From Nemertoderma westbladi (Eukaryota > Animalia > Xenacoelomorpha): 64,000 bases of DNA. The notes under the pieces were generated by a model. The model was given only the letters and a program-made list of their open reading frames with translations, was not told the origin of the DNA and searched no databases. This document shows, in pieces, positions 1-12,658 of the stretch (positions within the stretch are counted from its first letter, which is position 1; the number at the start of each line of letters is the position of its first letter). The position numbers and the translations under genes are program-made. Where the stretch lies: assembly GCA_032718475.1 (NCBI GenBank), contig JAUCBJ010006667.1:3912-67911 (forward strand), given 5' to 3'.

Positions 1-788
1 GTAATAAAGAGTAAAGAGAATAGATTTTGCTCAAATTACTTACAAAACTTTTCTACTTCAATGCTTTTTCAACACAAGTAGGCCTAATAAAATTTAAGAA
101 ATTCCATTAAAAATACTTTTCATTTTCTTATTTTAATTATTTTGTCTTTTTTCGCCGGGAAAAAGTAAAATTAATGCAACCTTATCTGGGCTAGGGCACT
201 TGTTTTCCCCACTCTGGGATATCAAAAGCAAGCAACGAAAAAGTAACAATTTAAGAAAAATATATATTTCTAAGCAAAAAATAAGAAAAAAATATATTTA
301 TAAGTAAAAAATTGAAAAGTTAATCTCATCCCATAAAAGGGTATATAAATGGGGAAAATTAACTACATGCTTGGTACTTATTGCGCTTATTGGCTGTTAT
401 ATAACTATGAACTGTACCAGTACCAGTACTACCTAGAAGCCAAGTGTGAATGAATCCATGACAATCGCGGCTGTGGGATCCATTACCGGTACAATCTCTA
501 CAATGGGTTACAACGTTTACTACGGGGGTAAAAAGGGAATTTTGTGTAGTAAAATTATAGATAAGTAAAGTGAAGATATATTTAAACATGTGTTTCACGA
601 TATATGAAAATCCCGGGATTTTGGAGTGTTTTGAATACGAAAATAGTTGGCCACATTCAGCCACCTTATCTATTCTATTTGCATTATCTTATAAAACGTT
701 TAGGGTAGAGATAATACTTCAGTAAAGGCTTATTAATTGGCTATTGTTATCCCCGACTAAATGTTCTCCATTTACTTTCACTTTCCAG

Positions 789-2363
789 GTGTCTGTTCTT
801 CAACAAACCTATCTGACCGGGTCCCAGTCGTCCAGGCAAGCGGACAAAGTGTCCCGATTTACCGGGTCGCAGGATGTCTCCGACGACTTCCATCTGCTGA
901 CCCCGGGGGAACCCAGCCCCCCTCCGGCCCCCCGTAGCTCCGTGGTCCCTCGCCGCCCCTCCAACCTCCACAACCGAGCCAAATCATCTGGATTCCCTAA
1001 ATCCCCAGTCGCCTTGAAGAAAAAGTTATCTGACCCGGAAAACCCGGTTGGGGGTCAAGGCGTCACTAAAAAAGTAGAATTCAAAATAAAAACTAGTAGC
1101 GAGACGGAAAAAAAGAGAAGCGGTAAGAAAGTCGTTTTGGATCGATCGAAATCTCTATCGGCGGAAGCGGAAACTGAAAAGAGTTCCGATAGAATCGTTA
1201 AAATACATTCGGTATCGGAACCTTTCAATGGAAGTTACGACAAAACGGACGTAACGGACAGTAACGTTACGCCGAACACGACCCGACCATTCGTTATCGT
1301 AACTCGGGATTACTACCGGGAGCACCGCGGTTCCGGTATAGTGAACGCGAGGTTCTCCACCGGGGGGAACCTCGTCGCCTCGTCCGACTGCTCCGGGGCG
1401 CTCCGCGTCTGGTCCTGGAGCTTCCCGCCCACCACGCAGCCCTGCGACGCCGCCTCGCGGGGCTCCCCGGTACTCTCCCTCGAGTGGGCCGCCAAACAGG
1501 AGCGACTGCTGCTCCTGGGCGGTCGGGACAGTTCGGTGCGAGTCCTCGACACCGACACCAACCGGACTCTCTGCGATCTGTACACGGACCCGAGTTTCTC
1601 ACGCGTAGTCGCGCTCGCCTCCAGCCCCAACGGGACTCACTTCGCCTCGTCCAGCACGTTGGGACGCACCTCCACCGGCGGTGCGCCCACCGGTATAGGT
1701 CTCACCGGCGTTCCAACAACCTCCTCTCTCTCCTCGATAACCGGGCCCCCCAACGCGAACTACTTCCAACCCGGTAAACTCCAGTACTGGAACCTAAAGC
1801 AGCGCGCTGTGGAGCGCGACCTTCCGCTGTCTGCGACGGCCTCCACGCCGCCCGTCGCCGCCAGCTGTTTGACCTTCAACCACAACGGTTCCATGCTGCT
1901 CTGTGGGACTCACGATGGCTGCGTTAAGATATTCGATATGCGGCGTTTCGACCAGCTTTACTCTTGGGACGTTTCGTCCTCCCAACTAGTTTCGTTGCGT
2001 TTCTCCCCCGACGAAACTTCGGTTTACTCGATGGCCGCCGACGGGGGTTTCTCCCAGTGGAGTATCCGGGGCAACGCAGTCCGACTGCGGGACTTCCCGA
2101 GTGCCGCCGCTGGGGGGCGCTGTTGCTTCGCCCTAGACGCGGAGGCCCAGCACGCGTTGGTGGGCGGACTCCAGGGCGCCCGGATCCACAGGATCGGAGG
2201 CCCTCTAGGGTTCGCTGAGTCCATGTTGCTAGGAGACGAGAGTTCCCCAGTCTCCACTGTAGACTGGATGGTGACTGAGCGGACCAGTGTCTGTCTGACG
2301 GGGGCTGCTGATGGGAGAGTGCAGATCGCGACATTAATCACTAGGGAGGACTTCCTGTCGTAG
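789..2363 (+). CDS. WDR91: WD repeat-containing protein 91, large terminal exon (linker plus WD40 propeller); upstream exons lie outside the window or were not found
   Basis: A pyrimidine tract and acceptor (tttactttcactttccAG, AG at 787-788) lead in phase 0 into the 744-2363 ORF. Motifs PFVIV..DYYREH, ASSD.SG.LRVWS, LSLEWAAKQERLLLLG, FNHNGSMLL.G..DG.VKIFDM and FSPDETSVYS match WDR91 as recalled. Stop TAG at 2361-2363. Confidence 0.85.
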   Translation: MSVLQQTYLTGSQSSRQADKVSRFTGSQDVSDDFHLLTPGEPSPPPAPRSSVVPRRPSNLHNRAKSSGFPKSPVALKKKLSDPENPVGGQGVTKKVEFKIKTSSETEKKRSGKKVVLDRSKSLSAEAETEKSSDRIVKIHSVSEPFNGSYDKTDVTDSNVTPNTTRPFVIVTRDYYREHRGSGIVNARFSTGGNLVASSDCSGALRVWSWSFPPTTQPCDAASRGSPVLSLEWAAKQERLLLLGGRDSSVRVLDTDTNRTLCDLYTDPSFSRVVALASSPNGTHFASSSTLGRTSTGGAPTGIGLTGVPTTSSLSSITGPPNANYFQPGKLQYWNLKQRAVERDLPLSATASTPPVAASCLTFNHNGSMLLCGTHDGCVKIFDMRRFDQLYSWDVSSSQLVSLRFSPDETSVYSMAADGGFSQWSIRGNAVRLRDFPSAAAGGRCCFALDAEAQHALVGGLQGARIHRIGGPLGFAESMLLGDESSPVSTVDWMVTERTSVCLTGAADGRVQIATLITREDFLS

Positions 2364-2481
2364 TATGGGGGGGGGGGGGGGGGGGGGGGGTGTTTTGCTA
2401 CTACCCAGTCAAAAGGTAAAACATAATTATTATCTCATAATATATTATTTCTAGAATGCTTATTGAATTCTAGAATTCTTA

Positions 2482-4167
2482 GAAGTCTGGCACCATATTG
2501 CTGGGTTGGAAGTCTGGCACCATGTTGCTGGGTTGGAAGTCTGGCAGCATGTTGCTGGGTTGGAAGTCTGGCACCATGTTGCTGGGTTGGAAGTCTGGCA
2601 CCATGTTGCTGGGTTGGAAGTCTGGCACCATGTTGCTGGGTTGGAAGTCTGGCAGCATGTTGCTGGGTTGGAAGTCTGGCACCATGTTGCTGGGTTGGAA
2701 GTCTGGCACCATGTTGCTGGGTTGGAAGTCTGGCACCATGTTGCTGGGTTGGAAGTCTGGCAGCATGTTGCTGGGTTGGAAGTCTGGCAGCATGTTGCTG
2801 GGTTGGAAGTCTGGCACCATGTTGCTGGGTTGGAAGTCTGGCAGCATGTTGCTGGGTTGGAAGTCTGGCACCATATTGCTGGGTTGGAAGTCTGGTAGCA
2901 TGTTGCTGGGTTCGAAGTCTGGCACCATATTGCTGGGTTGGAAGTCTGGCCCCATATTGCTGGGTTGGAAGTCTGGCACCATGTTGCTGGGTTGGAAGTC
3001 TGGCACCATGTTGCTGGGTTGGAAGTCTGGCACCATATTGCTAGGTTGGAAGTCTGGCAGCATGTTGCTGGGTTGGAGGTCTGGCACCATATTGCTGGGT
3101 TGGAAGTCTGGCCCCATATTGCTGGGTTGGAAGTCTGGCACCATGTTGCTGGGTTGGAAGTCTGGCCCCATATTGCTGGGTTGGAAGTCTGGCACCATGT
3201 TGCTGGGTTGGAAGTCTGGCACCATGTTGCTGGGTTGGAAGTCTGGCACCATATTGCTGGGTTGGAAGTCTGGCACCATGTTGCTGGGTTGGAAGTCTGG
3301 CACCATGTTGCTGGGTTGGAAGTCTGGCACCATATTGCTGGGTTGGAAGTCTGGTAGCATGTTGCTGGGTTCGAAGTCTGGCACCATATTGCTGGGTTGG
3401 AAGTCTGGCCCCATATTGCTGGGTTGGAAGTCTGGCACCATGTTGCTGGGTTGGAAGTCTGGCACCATGTTGCTGGGTTGGAAGTCTGGCACCATATTGC
3501 TAGGTTGGAAGTCTGGCAGCATGTTGCTGGGTTGGAAGTCTGGCACCATATTGCTGGGTTGGAAGTCTGGCCCCATATTGCTGGGTTGGAAGTCTGGCAC
3601 CATGTTGCTGGGTTGGAAGTCTGGCCCCATATTGCTGGGTTGGAAGTCTGGCACCATGTTGCTGGGTTGGAAGTCTGGCACCATGTTGCTGGGTTGGAAG
3701 TCTGGCCCCATATTGCTGGGTTGGAAGTCTGGCACCATGTTGCTGGGTTGGAAGTCTGGCCCCATATTGCTGGGTTGGAAGTCTGGCACCATGTTGCTGG
3801 GTTGGAAGTCTGGCACCATATTGCTGGGTTGGAAGTCTGGCACCATGTTGCTGGGTTGGAAGTCTGGCACCATATTGCTGGGTTGGAAGTCTGACACCAT
3901 ATTGCTGGGTTGGAAGTCTGGCAGCATGTTGCTGGGTTGGAAGTCTGGCACCATATTGCTGGGTTGGAAGTCTGGCAGCATGTTGCTGGGTTGGAAGTCT
4001 GGCACCATATTGCTGGGTTGGAAGTCTGGCCCCATATTGCTGGGTTGGAAGTCTGGCACCATGTTACTGGGTTGGAAGTCTGGCACCATGTTGCTGGGTT
4101 GGAAGTCTGGCACCATGTTGCTGGGTTGGAAGTCTGGCACCATGTTGCTGGGTTTGAAGTCTGGCAC
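2482..4167. repeat. 27-bp minisatellite, about 62 copies (gaagtctggcaccatgttgctgggttg)
   Basis: Tandem array with few variant units. It produces the spurious periodic ORFs on both strands. Confidence 0.97.
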
Positions 4168-4609
4168 CCCGGGGTTGGGGTGGGTGGTTCCTATTCTAAG
4201 ACAGGGGGTGGGTGTGGTTTATTACAGTTGTTGTTTGGGGTTTTTTATATTCGCCTTCTTTCTTAGCAGAAAGCTTGCCGTGTAAATCTTACACTTTATT
4301 GAAAACACAATCTTGTTGATTAGTAATTATTCTATAATCCTTCCCTAGGCTGTATAAATAAAGTAATGTTTATATTATTTATTCAAAATACCAATTAGTA
4401 TGTTCAATTATGCTAGAAATTAAATAATAAATATATGCCATGCCAAACGGACAAATTGTCGATTTTCATCTGCTTTGCTAATAGTAATAATTATTAATTA
4501 ACAATCCACAGTCAATGAATTCACAAAATTAATTCACAATCCATGTCCCAGCTCGTGTGTTATAAGGTTATCAATTTTCTGTACATGAAAATCACTAGAG
4601 AGCAAATGT

Positions 4610-4772
4610 AAGTTTGTGCTAATTTTGTGTTTGTGAAGTTTGTGCTAATTTTGTGTTTGTAAAGTTTGTGCTAATCTTGTGTTTGTGAAGTTTGTGCTAA
4701 TCTTGTGTTTGTGAAGTTTGTGCTAATCTTGTGTTTGTGAAGTTTGTGCTAATCTTGTGTTTGTGAAGTTTG
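4610..4772. repeat. 26-bp tandem repeat, about 6 copies (aagtttgtgctaatcttgtgtttgtg)
   Basis: Visible 26-bp period. Confidence 0.92.
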
Positions 4773-4940
4773 TCTTTTATAATTTTACTTAATTATAATA
4801 AATTATTTACTTTGAAAATCATCAATTAAAATTGTTACAACTTACAATACTAATAATATACATTGAATATGATATTATTCAGTGAAGCATTTGAAGTAAA
4901 AAAAAACCGGTACCGGTCCGGTAGTCGGCCATGTAACTGC

Positions 4941-5130
4941 TAACTAAAACACAACTGAACCTAGACGTTACATGCAGTCAGTGATCAGCAGGTTTCGCCT
5001 CACAGCGGAAAGACATTTCCATACCAAGGAAGTGGAGGCTAATGAAATGGAGAGGCCCTTGATCTGATCAGCTGACTGACATATGGTGATCATTGATTAT
5101 GCATCCTCTAGGTCAGTTGGTTTTCAGTTA
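4941..5130. mobile_element. Degenerate MITE-like inverted-repeat element
   Basis: taactaaaacacaactgaacctaga at the left end pairs imperfectly with tctaggtcagttggttttcagtta at the right end; the interior cagtcagtgatca pairs with tgatcagctgactg. No TSD found. Confidence 0.45.
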
Positions 5131-5596
5131 CCAGTGTTTATACTAGTTTTGGTGAGGTTTGTTTACTTACTTGACATATTATATTAATATAACCCTTTTA
5201 ATTCAGTTCTTTTACCGGTATTTATTTTTAAGTTGGACATTAACCTAGGATTTGAAATTACCTACATTTCTTTTGGAGGTGTTGTTTGGTTTTATTTGAA
5301 ACTTTCTAATGAACTGAAATAATTATTTTGAGAAGTTAGATACAAGTAGCCCAGTAAATTATAATTAAATTAAGTCACCAGTCTAACGGGTCCAGATTTT
5401 TTATCGTTAAGATATTTCAGCTGGTATATACATTTCTTTATTTGTTCTATGTAGTTTATGCGATGCTTATTTAATTATAAAATAATATGAAAACCTTTCA
5501 TGGCCTAATTGCAGAGATATTTTTTCGAAAAGTTTAAAAATGTCAGTTTCACGAATCTGTTTGGTTATTAATTAATATTAATTTATTTACAAAAAT

Positions 5597-7705
5597 ACCG
5601 CAGGCCAGGCGGTGTGGTTTACTAACAACAAACCCCAAGCTAGAACCGCAGGCCAGGGGGTGTGGTTTACTAACAACAAACCCCAAGCTAGAACCGCAGG
5701 CCAGGGGGTGTGGTTTACTAACAACAAACCCCAAGCTAGAACCGCAGGCCAGGCGGTGTGGTTTACTAACAACAAACCCCAAGCTAGAACCGCAGGCCAG
5801 GGGGTGTGGTTTACTAACAACAAACCCCAAGCTAGAACCGCAGGCCAGGCGGTGTGGTTTACTAACAATAAACCCCAAGCTAGAACCGCAGGCCAGGCGG
5901 TGTGGTTTACTAACAATAAACCCCAAGCTAGAACCGCAGGCCAGACGGTGTGGTTTACTAACAACAAACCCCAAGCTAGAACCGCAGACCAGGCGGTGTG
6001 GTTTACTAACAACAAACCCCAAGCTAGAACCGCAGGCCAGGCGGTGTGGTTTACTAACAACAAACCCCAAGCTAGAACCGCAGGCCAGGCGGTGTGGTTT
6101 ACTAACAATATACCCCAAGTTAGAACCGCAGGCCAGGCGGTGTGGTTTACTAACAACAAACCCCAAGCTAGAACCGCAGGCCAGGCGGTGTGGTTTACTA
6201 ACAACAAACCCCAAGCTAGAACCGCAGGCCAGGCGGTGTGGTTTACTAACAACAAACCCCAAGCTAGAACCGCAGGCCAGGCGGTGTGGTTTACTAACAA
6301 CAAACCCCAAGCTAGAACCGCAGGCCAGGGGGTGTGGTTTACTAACAACAAACCCCAAGCTAGAACCGCAGGCCAGGCGGTGTGGTTTACAAACAACAAA
6401 CCCCAAGCTAGAACCGCAGGCCAGGCGGTGTGGTTTACTAACAACAAACCCCAAGCTAGAACCGCAGGCCAGGCGGTGTGGTTTACTAACAACAAACCCC
6501 AAGCTAGAACCGCAGGCCAGGCGGTGTGGTTTACTAACAACAAACCCCAAGCTAGAACCGCAGGCCAGGCGGTGTGGTTTACTAACAACAAACCCCAAGC
6601 TAGAACCGCAGGCCAGACGGTGTGGTTTACTAACAACAAACCCCAAGCTAGAACCGCAGGCCAGGCGGTGTGGTTTACTAACAACAAACCCCAAGCTAGA
6701 ACCGCAGACCAGGCGGTGTGGTTTACTAACAACAAACCCCAAGCTAGAACCGCAGGCCAGGCGGTGTGGTTTACTAACAACAAACCCCAAGCTAAAACCG
6801 CAGGCCAGGCGGTGTGGTTTACTAACAATAAACCCCAAGTTAGAACCGCAGGCCAGGCGGTGTGGTTTACTAACAACAAACCCCAAGCTAGAACCGCAGG
6901 CCAGGCGGTGTGGTTTACTAACAACAAACCCCAAGCTAGAACCGCAGGCCAGGCGGTGTGGTTTACTAACAACAAACCCCAAGCTAGAACCGCAGGCCAG
7001 GCGGTGTGGTTTACTAACAACAAACCCCAAGCTAGAACCGCAGGCCAGGGGGTGTGGTTTACTAACAACAAACCCCAAGCTAGAACCGCAGACCAGGCGG
7101 TGTGGTTTACTAACAACAAACCCCAAGCTAGAACCGCAGGCCAGGCGGTGTGGTTTACTAACAACAAACCCCAAGCTAGAACCGCAGACCAGGCGGTGTG
7201 GTTTACTAACAACAAACCCCAAGCTAGAACCGCAGGCCAGGCGGTGTGGTTTACTAACAACAAACCCCAAGCTAGAACCGCAGGCCAGGGGGTGTGGTTT
7301 ACTAACAACAAACCCCAAGCTAGAACCGCAGGCCAGGCGGTGTGGTTTACTAACAACAAACCCCAAGCTAGAACCGCAGACCAGGCGGTGTGGTTTACTA
7401 ACAACAAACCCCAAGCTAGAACCGCAGGCCAGGCGGTGTGGTTTACTAACAACAAACCCCAAGCTAGAACCGCAGGCCAGGCGGTGTGGTTTACTAACAA
7501 CAAACCCCAAGCTAGAACCGCAGACCAGGCGGTGTGGTTTACTAACAACAAACCCCAAGCTAAAACCGCAGGCCAGGCGGTGTGGTTTACTAACAACAAA
7601 CCCCAAGCTAGAACCGCAGGTCAGGCGGTGTGGTTTACTAACAATAAACCCCAAGCTAGAACCGCAGGCCAGGCGGTGTGGTTTACTAACAATAAACCCC
7701 AATCT
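5597..7705. repeat. 51-bp minisatellite, about 41 copies
   Basis: Unit accgcaggccaggcggtgtggtttactaacaacaaaccccaagctaga-type, period 51 bp (17 codons), highly homogeneous. Confidence 0.97.
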
Positions 7706-8454
7706 AGATATAGTTAATGCCAAACGCGTACTTTTATAATTAGTAATATGGTAGTGTAATTAATAAATTTATAGAGATGCCACTTTATTCATTTAAATTC
7801 TTACTTCTATTTTGTGCAATAATTATTGAGTGATTTTTTATTAACAATTGAATTATATTATTAATAATTACCCACCTACAACATTCTAATTGATTTCTAT
7901 CATGTTGACAGACATCGATAGTATAGTATAACTTATTTGAGTCTCATTCAGGGGCGGCGCAAAACATGTGGGGAGGTAAATCAATTTGCACCGACTGGAA
8001 ATTGAATTTGCACCGACTTAATTGAAACGGTTCAAATGTGCATGTATTAGTAATAATTTATATTAATTAATAAAAAATAATTATTAATTGGCAAATCCCT
8101 CGAGAATAGTGAAAAATAAGTTCTATTTATATTCCCATGTAATACGTAATTTTATTCTTAAATTTGTACTTTTTTTACTCAATTATTTAATAAAAGATAG
8201 AAAATGGTGTTACTAAATACAATAAATTGAACTGCAGTATTTTACTATATTGCTTCCATAGTTACTGCAATTCTAATTATTGTACTCTTCAATTCTCGAT
8301 GCTGCCTTACTCAATGTTAAATAATTTAGTGTTCTCGAATATTTATTACGTAACTAGAGAGCCGCATAACTACATATAAACCAATATTGGATATTGAGTT
8401 CCGTTGTGTAGTACCGCTTGCAGACACTAAGATTACAACAACTTTTAGTTTGTG

Positions 8455-8685
8455 AATGGATTTTGCTCAATTTACTTGCAAACCTTTTCTACGTCGATGC
8501 TCTCTCACCACATGTAATAAAATTTATATGAAATTCCAATAAGAATATTTTAATTTACTTTTTTCGCCGGGAAAAAAAGTAAAATCAATGCAATCTTTTT
8601 TTTTACTTTTTTCCATAGGGAAAAAGTGAAACTTTTTCTCCCGATTTTGGGATATATTCGAGCGAAAAAGTAACAATTTAATTAA
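8455..8685 (+). repeat. Dispersed repeat homologous to window positions about 20-260
   Basis: Shared blocks gattttgctcaa.ttactt.caaa.cttttctac, ttttttcgccgggaaaaa.gtaaaat.aatgcaa and gaaaagtaacaatttaa. Confidence 0.75.
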
Positions 8686-9734
8686 TAACAATTTAATTTA
8701 ATTAATTTAATATTTTTATGCGGTGGTGGCAATTTTAATAGTATTGTAAATTTTTATTAAATTGTTACAACTAAGTATTAATATTTAAAACGAAGTACTG
8801 TAATAGGCTACACACGCTAGAGTGCTTTATAAAAGTTTACACAACAGTTGCAATCGAACAAATATTATCGTTTTAATTATTTAAATTGAATTCTACGTTT
8901 TTTTTAAAGAAATCCAGTTCTTAATTACTGTACTCAATTCGGTGGTTTCAACAATATCCTTTTCGCGTGCTATCATTAACACTGACTCTAAAGTCTTTAA
9001 TACCTAACAGTCTTTCCATCATGATATTTTTTATTGTGTTATATCCTGTGATCATTGTTAAATATAGCTCCACACCTATCTGCTTTGTATTTTACTTTGC
9101 AGCGTTGACCCCGATGAGATATCGCACTGCTGCCCGTGGGTTTTCCCCGTCTCTTAATTTAGTTAGCAAATTGACAGTTTTGAATTCAGTAAGTAATCAG
9201 TAGTACCCGTATAATAAAATAATATGATATTGAAATTAAAGCAAATATAATACAGAAAGGCCTATTCAAAGCAGTAGTGGCGGATATAGAGGGTATGTCA
9301 CCATGTCATGACATACCCCTTAGAAAGCACTGTAAATATATTTTGCTACTCACGATATCTTTATTCAGCATCACTACATTTCAGCTCTTCTTATAACAGA
9401 ATAACCCTAATCCTAAAACTTTCCGCTCGCTACGCGTTTTCTTTCTTCAATTGGGTTACTTATTGACGTTATTGTCTGATTACCAATCACGTAGCGTTTT
9501 TTTCGCATTATCAATATATTTCCCAACAGACCAATTTTGTAATTTTGATTTGCATTTTTGTTGCAAATTTAGATAATTTTGATGTTGGATGCGAATTATA
9601 AGCTGCGGTAGCGCGATCGCGATGTCCGGCGCGATTTTATAATCGCAATTAATTTTGTACCGGTATCACTTAAATTAATCATTCATAACTATTTTTTATT
9701 GGCATTTGGATTCGAAGTACCGGTACATATTTTG

Positions 9735-9990
9735 TTGGTTATAAACCTCTGTAACATGCTCTTTTCCCTCAATTGGTAACACCAATGTTTATTGTTTTGG
9801 TTATAAAAGCCCACCTCTGTAACCTGCTCCTTTCCCCCAATTGGTAACACATAACATTGTTTATTGTTTTGGTTATAAAAGCCTACCTCTGTAACCAGCT
9901 CGTTTCCCTCAATTGGTAACAACATTGTTTATTGTTTTGGTTAGAAAAACCCACCCTGTAACCTGCTCCTCTCTTTCAATTGGTAACTTC
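9735..9990 (+). repeat. About 4 tandem copies of a roughly 65-bp dispersed module (tgtttattgttttggtta...ctgtaacctgctcctttccc.caatt)
   Basis: Tandem here. Single copies occur at about 12005-12062 (-), 15127-15167, 16755-16810 and 61086-61135 (-). Confidence 0.8.
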
Positions 9991-10085
9991 TATATAATTA
10001 TAGACTATATATCGTAACTATATAAATATAGTTACAAATTTATTTAATTTGGTGGAAAATGAACTAATTTTTGTTATAAAAGTAT

Positions 10086-10215
10086 TTAAATTTAGTGAAA
10101 ATGATTAAATTTAGTGAAAATGATTAAATTTAGTGAAAATGATTAAATTTAGTGAAAATGATTAAATTTAGTGAAAATGATTAAATTTAGTGAAAATGAT
10201 TAAATTTAGTGAAAT
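10086..10215. repeat. 19-bp tandem repeat, about 7 copies (ttaaatttagtgaaaatga)
   Basis: Visible 19-bp period. Confidence 0.92.
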
Positions 10216-12282
10216 AAAAAAGTTCCATTTATTATTTGTACGGCGATCATCCGATAAGGTCTGGGGGGGGGGGGGGGGGGGGGGTGTCCCACACCACCCC
10301 CCCCCCCCCCCCCCATGAAACCGCCCCTGTTCTCATTCATCCGTGAAAATAATAATTATAATGTAATATAAATGGAAATAATACATTCTGGAATAAGGTA
10401 ATTCAAGTTGTTCTCATGTTATTGATTACTTTGCAGCGTTCCGTCCTATAGGCCACAAAGCGTTACGAGTAATTCACCAGAACGCCAGTTGACATAATGT
10501 AACAAAATATATGATGAAATAGAATCCTGAGGCTATATTGATTCAAAAAGCTGATAGTATTGCGAAAAGATAATGTATAAAAAAGCAAGTTTCTGCAGAA
10601 AGGATATCATCAGTTTATTTTATTATAGTGGGTACCAGTCCCTATGCTTTCGACAAATTGGCAACTACCCCTCGAAGGCTCGAATAATCAGCCAGAAGAG
10701 TAGATCTACCACAGTTGAAATTGTGGTGGACCAATAAGGTGCGATCAAGACCTGCCTAAAAATAGGCATATGGCCAGGAGAACAGGTGGTATGCGTACAG
10801 GAGGGCAGTGATTATGAATGAACGAAGCAACAAAACCAGCTTACAAAAGCCATCCAACAGAATTTTTCAGTGGAATCATACAGAAGTAGAGTAATGAAAT
10901 CGGGTAGAAAAACACAAGATGTTTACAAAATGGCTCAAGCAAAGTTTTCAGGAAAATACAATTGAATTAAATAAAACCCGGTACTCAACGGACAGCCTCA
11001 ACCTAAGTATTATAACTAGAAAGCCAGCAAACTGGCTTGAAACGAACCTGGCCCCTCAAACCAGTACCCTGAGTGAGCGAAAGTGAAAACACGAAAATTG
11101 CCATGAACTCAACGATATAAACACCAGCTGCTGGTACTCATGAGGTCCTAGTAAGCTACTACTATTGATTGAATGGATAGGCCCAAACTGCACAGAAGTA
11201 TATTACACTGGAACTGTTGGGTTAACAATCTGACCACTCATCATTCACGCTGTTATAGGTCTACACAGGACTAAACTTAGATATATTTACATTTGGGCGC
11301 AATTTTTTTAAAATCACTGTACTTCATTTTATGAGATGATTATATTGTTTCACGTCATTTCTGTAGTTTGAATATTTTATTAATTATTGTAGCCTTATTA
11401 TTTGTGGTACAACTAATGCTGCAGTTTAAATTAATAAATTTAATTTGTGAATGTAGCGGGTACACTACTGTGTGGTGCTTGTGTCGAGGTGTTTTTGTTT
11501 CGAATATTATTTATTCCAGTACAGTGTTACACTGGAAAGGGAAAGCGCAATAAAGGAATCACCAAGTATCACTAGGAAAAGTGGGTTTAATTGTCAAGTG
11601 TATGATAAGCGACTACAATGCGTGTGAACTTGAGAAGCTGGCACAAAAAACGGAAAAAAATTGGTGATCACCATGGCCATCATCAAAGTAAGTTAATTAT
11701 TTATCCGTATAATTAGTTTAATTAAATTTAATAATTAATTTGTAACTTACTTCATGTTTCCTTTAGGAATACGAAATGCACTAAAAGGAAAATTGAGTTA
11801 CTGAGCTGATTGAGTACAAATCTTATACTGAATGTAATCTACAGTAAGTATATTAAACACGCATTATTTGCGCTTTGAATTGTTTAATGGAGACAGACTA
11901 CAGACGGAATTATATAAATATGAAATCAAGAGAGGGGGGGGGGGGGGGACTGGACGCAAATCCCATCTTGGCGAATTAATATCCCGCCTCAATGTTAAAT
12001 TCTCAATTTAGGGAAAGGAGCAGGTTACAGTGATGCGTTATTTTAACCAGAACAATAAACTAAACACAATAGAGCAGGTTAGTTTTATTTTTGAGAGTAA
12101 TCAGCTGTTATTTGCGTCCAATCCCCCCCCCCCCCCCAATCAGGAAATCAAATAAGACTCTGTATCCACGATGTATTGTATTAATTCCATTTATTATGCA
12201 ACACAGAAGATGACAGAAAGAAGACAGGGGGTGAACAAATACCATCTCGTCGAATTAACAATGATTATTTATACATTTGACG

Positions 12283-12658
12283 AGGGGCCGTCCAAGTACA
12301 GTATGATATCTGCACTTTTCCCCAAAATGTTGACCTAAATCAGATGTCATCAGATAGGCGTTGACCCCCCCCCCCCCCTCCCCTAAATCAGATTTAAAAA
12401 AATTTTCGCGTCCTAATCACTGAAACATGGTGACTGGTAACTGAAACAGAAGGTCGTGCTACGGGCCTTCTGGGGCTTCGAACAATTAAAATAGGCAAGC
12501 TATTTACTCTTCTGCTATATCTCTTCTAGCACCTATAAATGAACATGCTGACGTCAGATTTTGGCTGACCCCCTCCCCTCCCCTCATCAGCACGTCATCA
12601 GATTCCCCCCCCCCCCCCCCCCCCCCTAAAGTGCTGAAGTCATACTTGGACGGCCACT
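12283..12658. mobile_element. PIF/Harbinger-like MITE
   Basis: TIRs aggggccgtccaagta..tgatatctgcacttt / aaagtgctgaagtcatacttggacggccact, with TTA at the right flank and internal poly-C tracts. Confidence 0.65.

Larger units (their letters stand above)
7949..10329. mobile_element. Non-autonomous hAT-like DNA transposon, composite interior
   Basis: TIRs CAGGGGCGG...CCGCCCCTG. Near-perfect 8-bp TSD gtctcatt (7941-7948) / ttctcatt (10330-10337). Poly-G and poly-C tracts lie near the right end. No transposase ORF. Confidence 0.7.

Noticed and set aside
744-788. ORF-track start of the WDR91 ORF
   Set aside because: It begins at a TTG within intron-like sequence; the acceptor at 787-788 is the better boundary.
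2482-7705. CRISPR-like arrays
   Set aside because: The units are contiguous with no unique spacers, there are no cas genes, and the context is eukaryotic.
2463-7723. Long repetitive ORFs (562-724 aa) on both strands
   Set aside because: They are by-products of 27-bp and 51-bp periods, open in several frames and strands at once, with no unique N- or C-terminal domains.
10430-11290. Possible old LINE remnant
   Set aside because: The composition is suggestive, but no diagnostic motif could be read with confidence.
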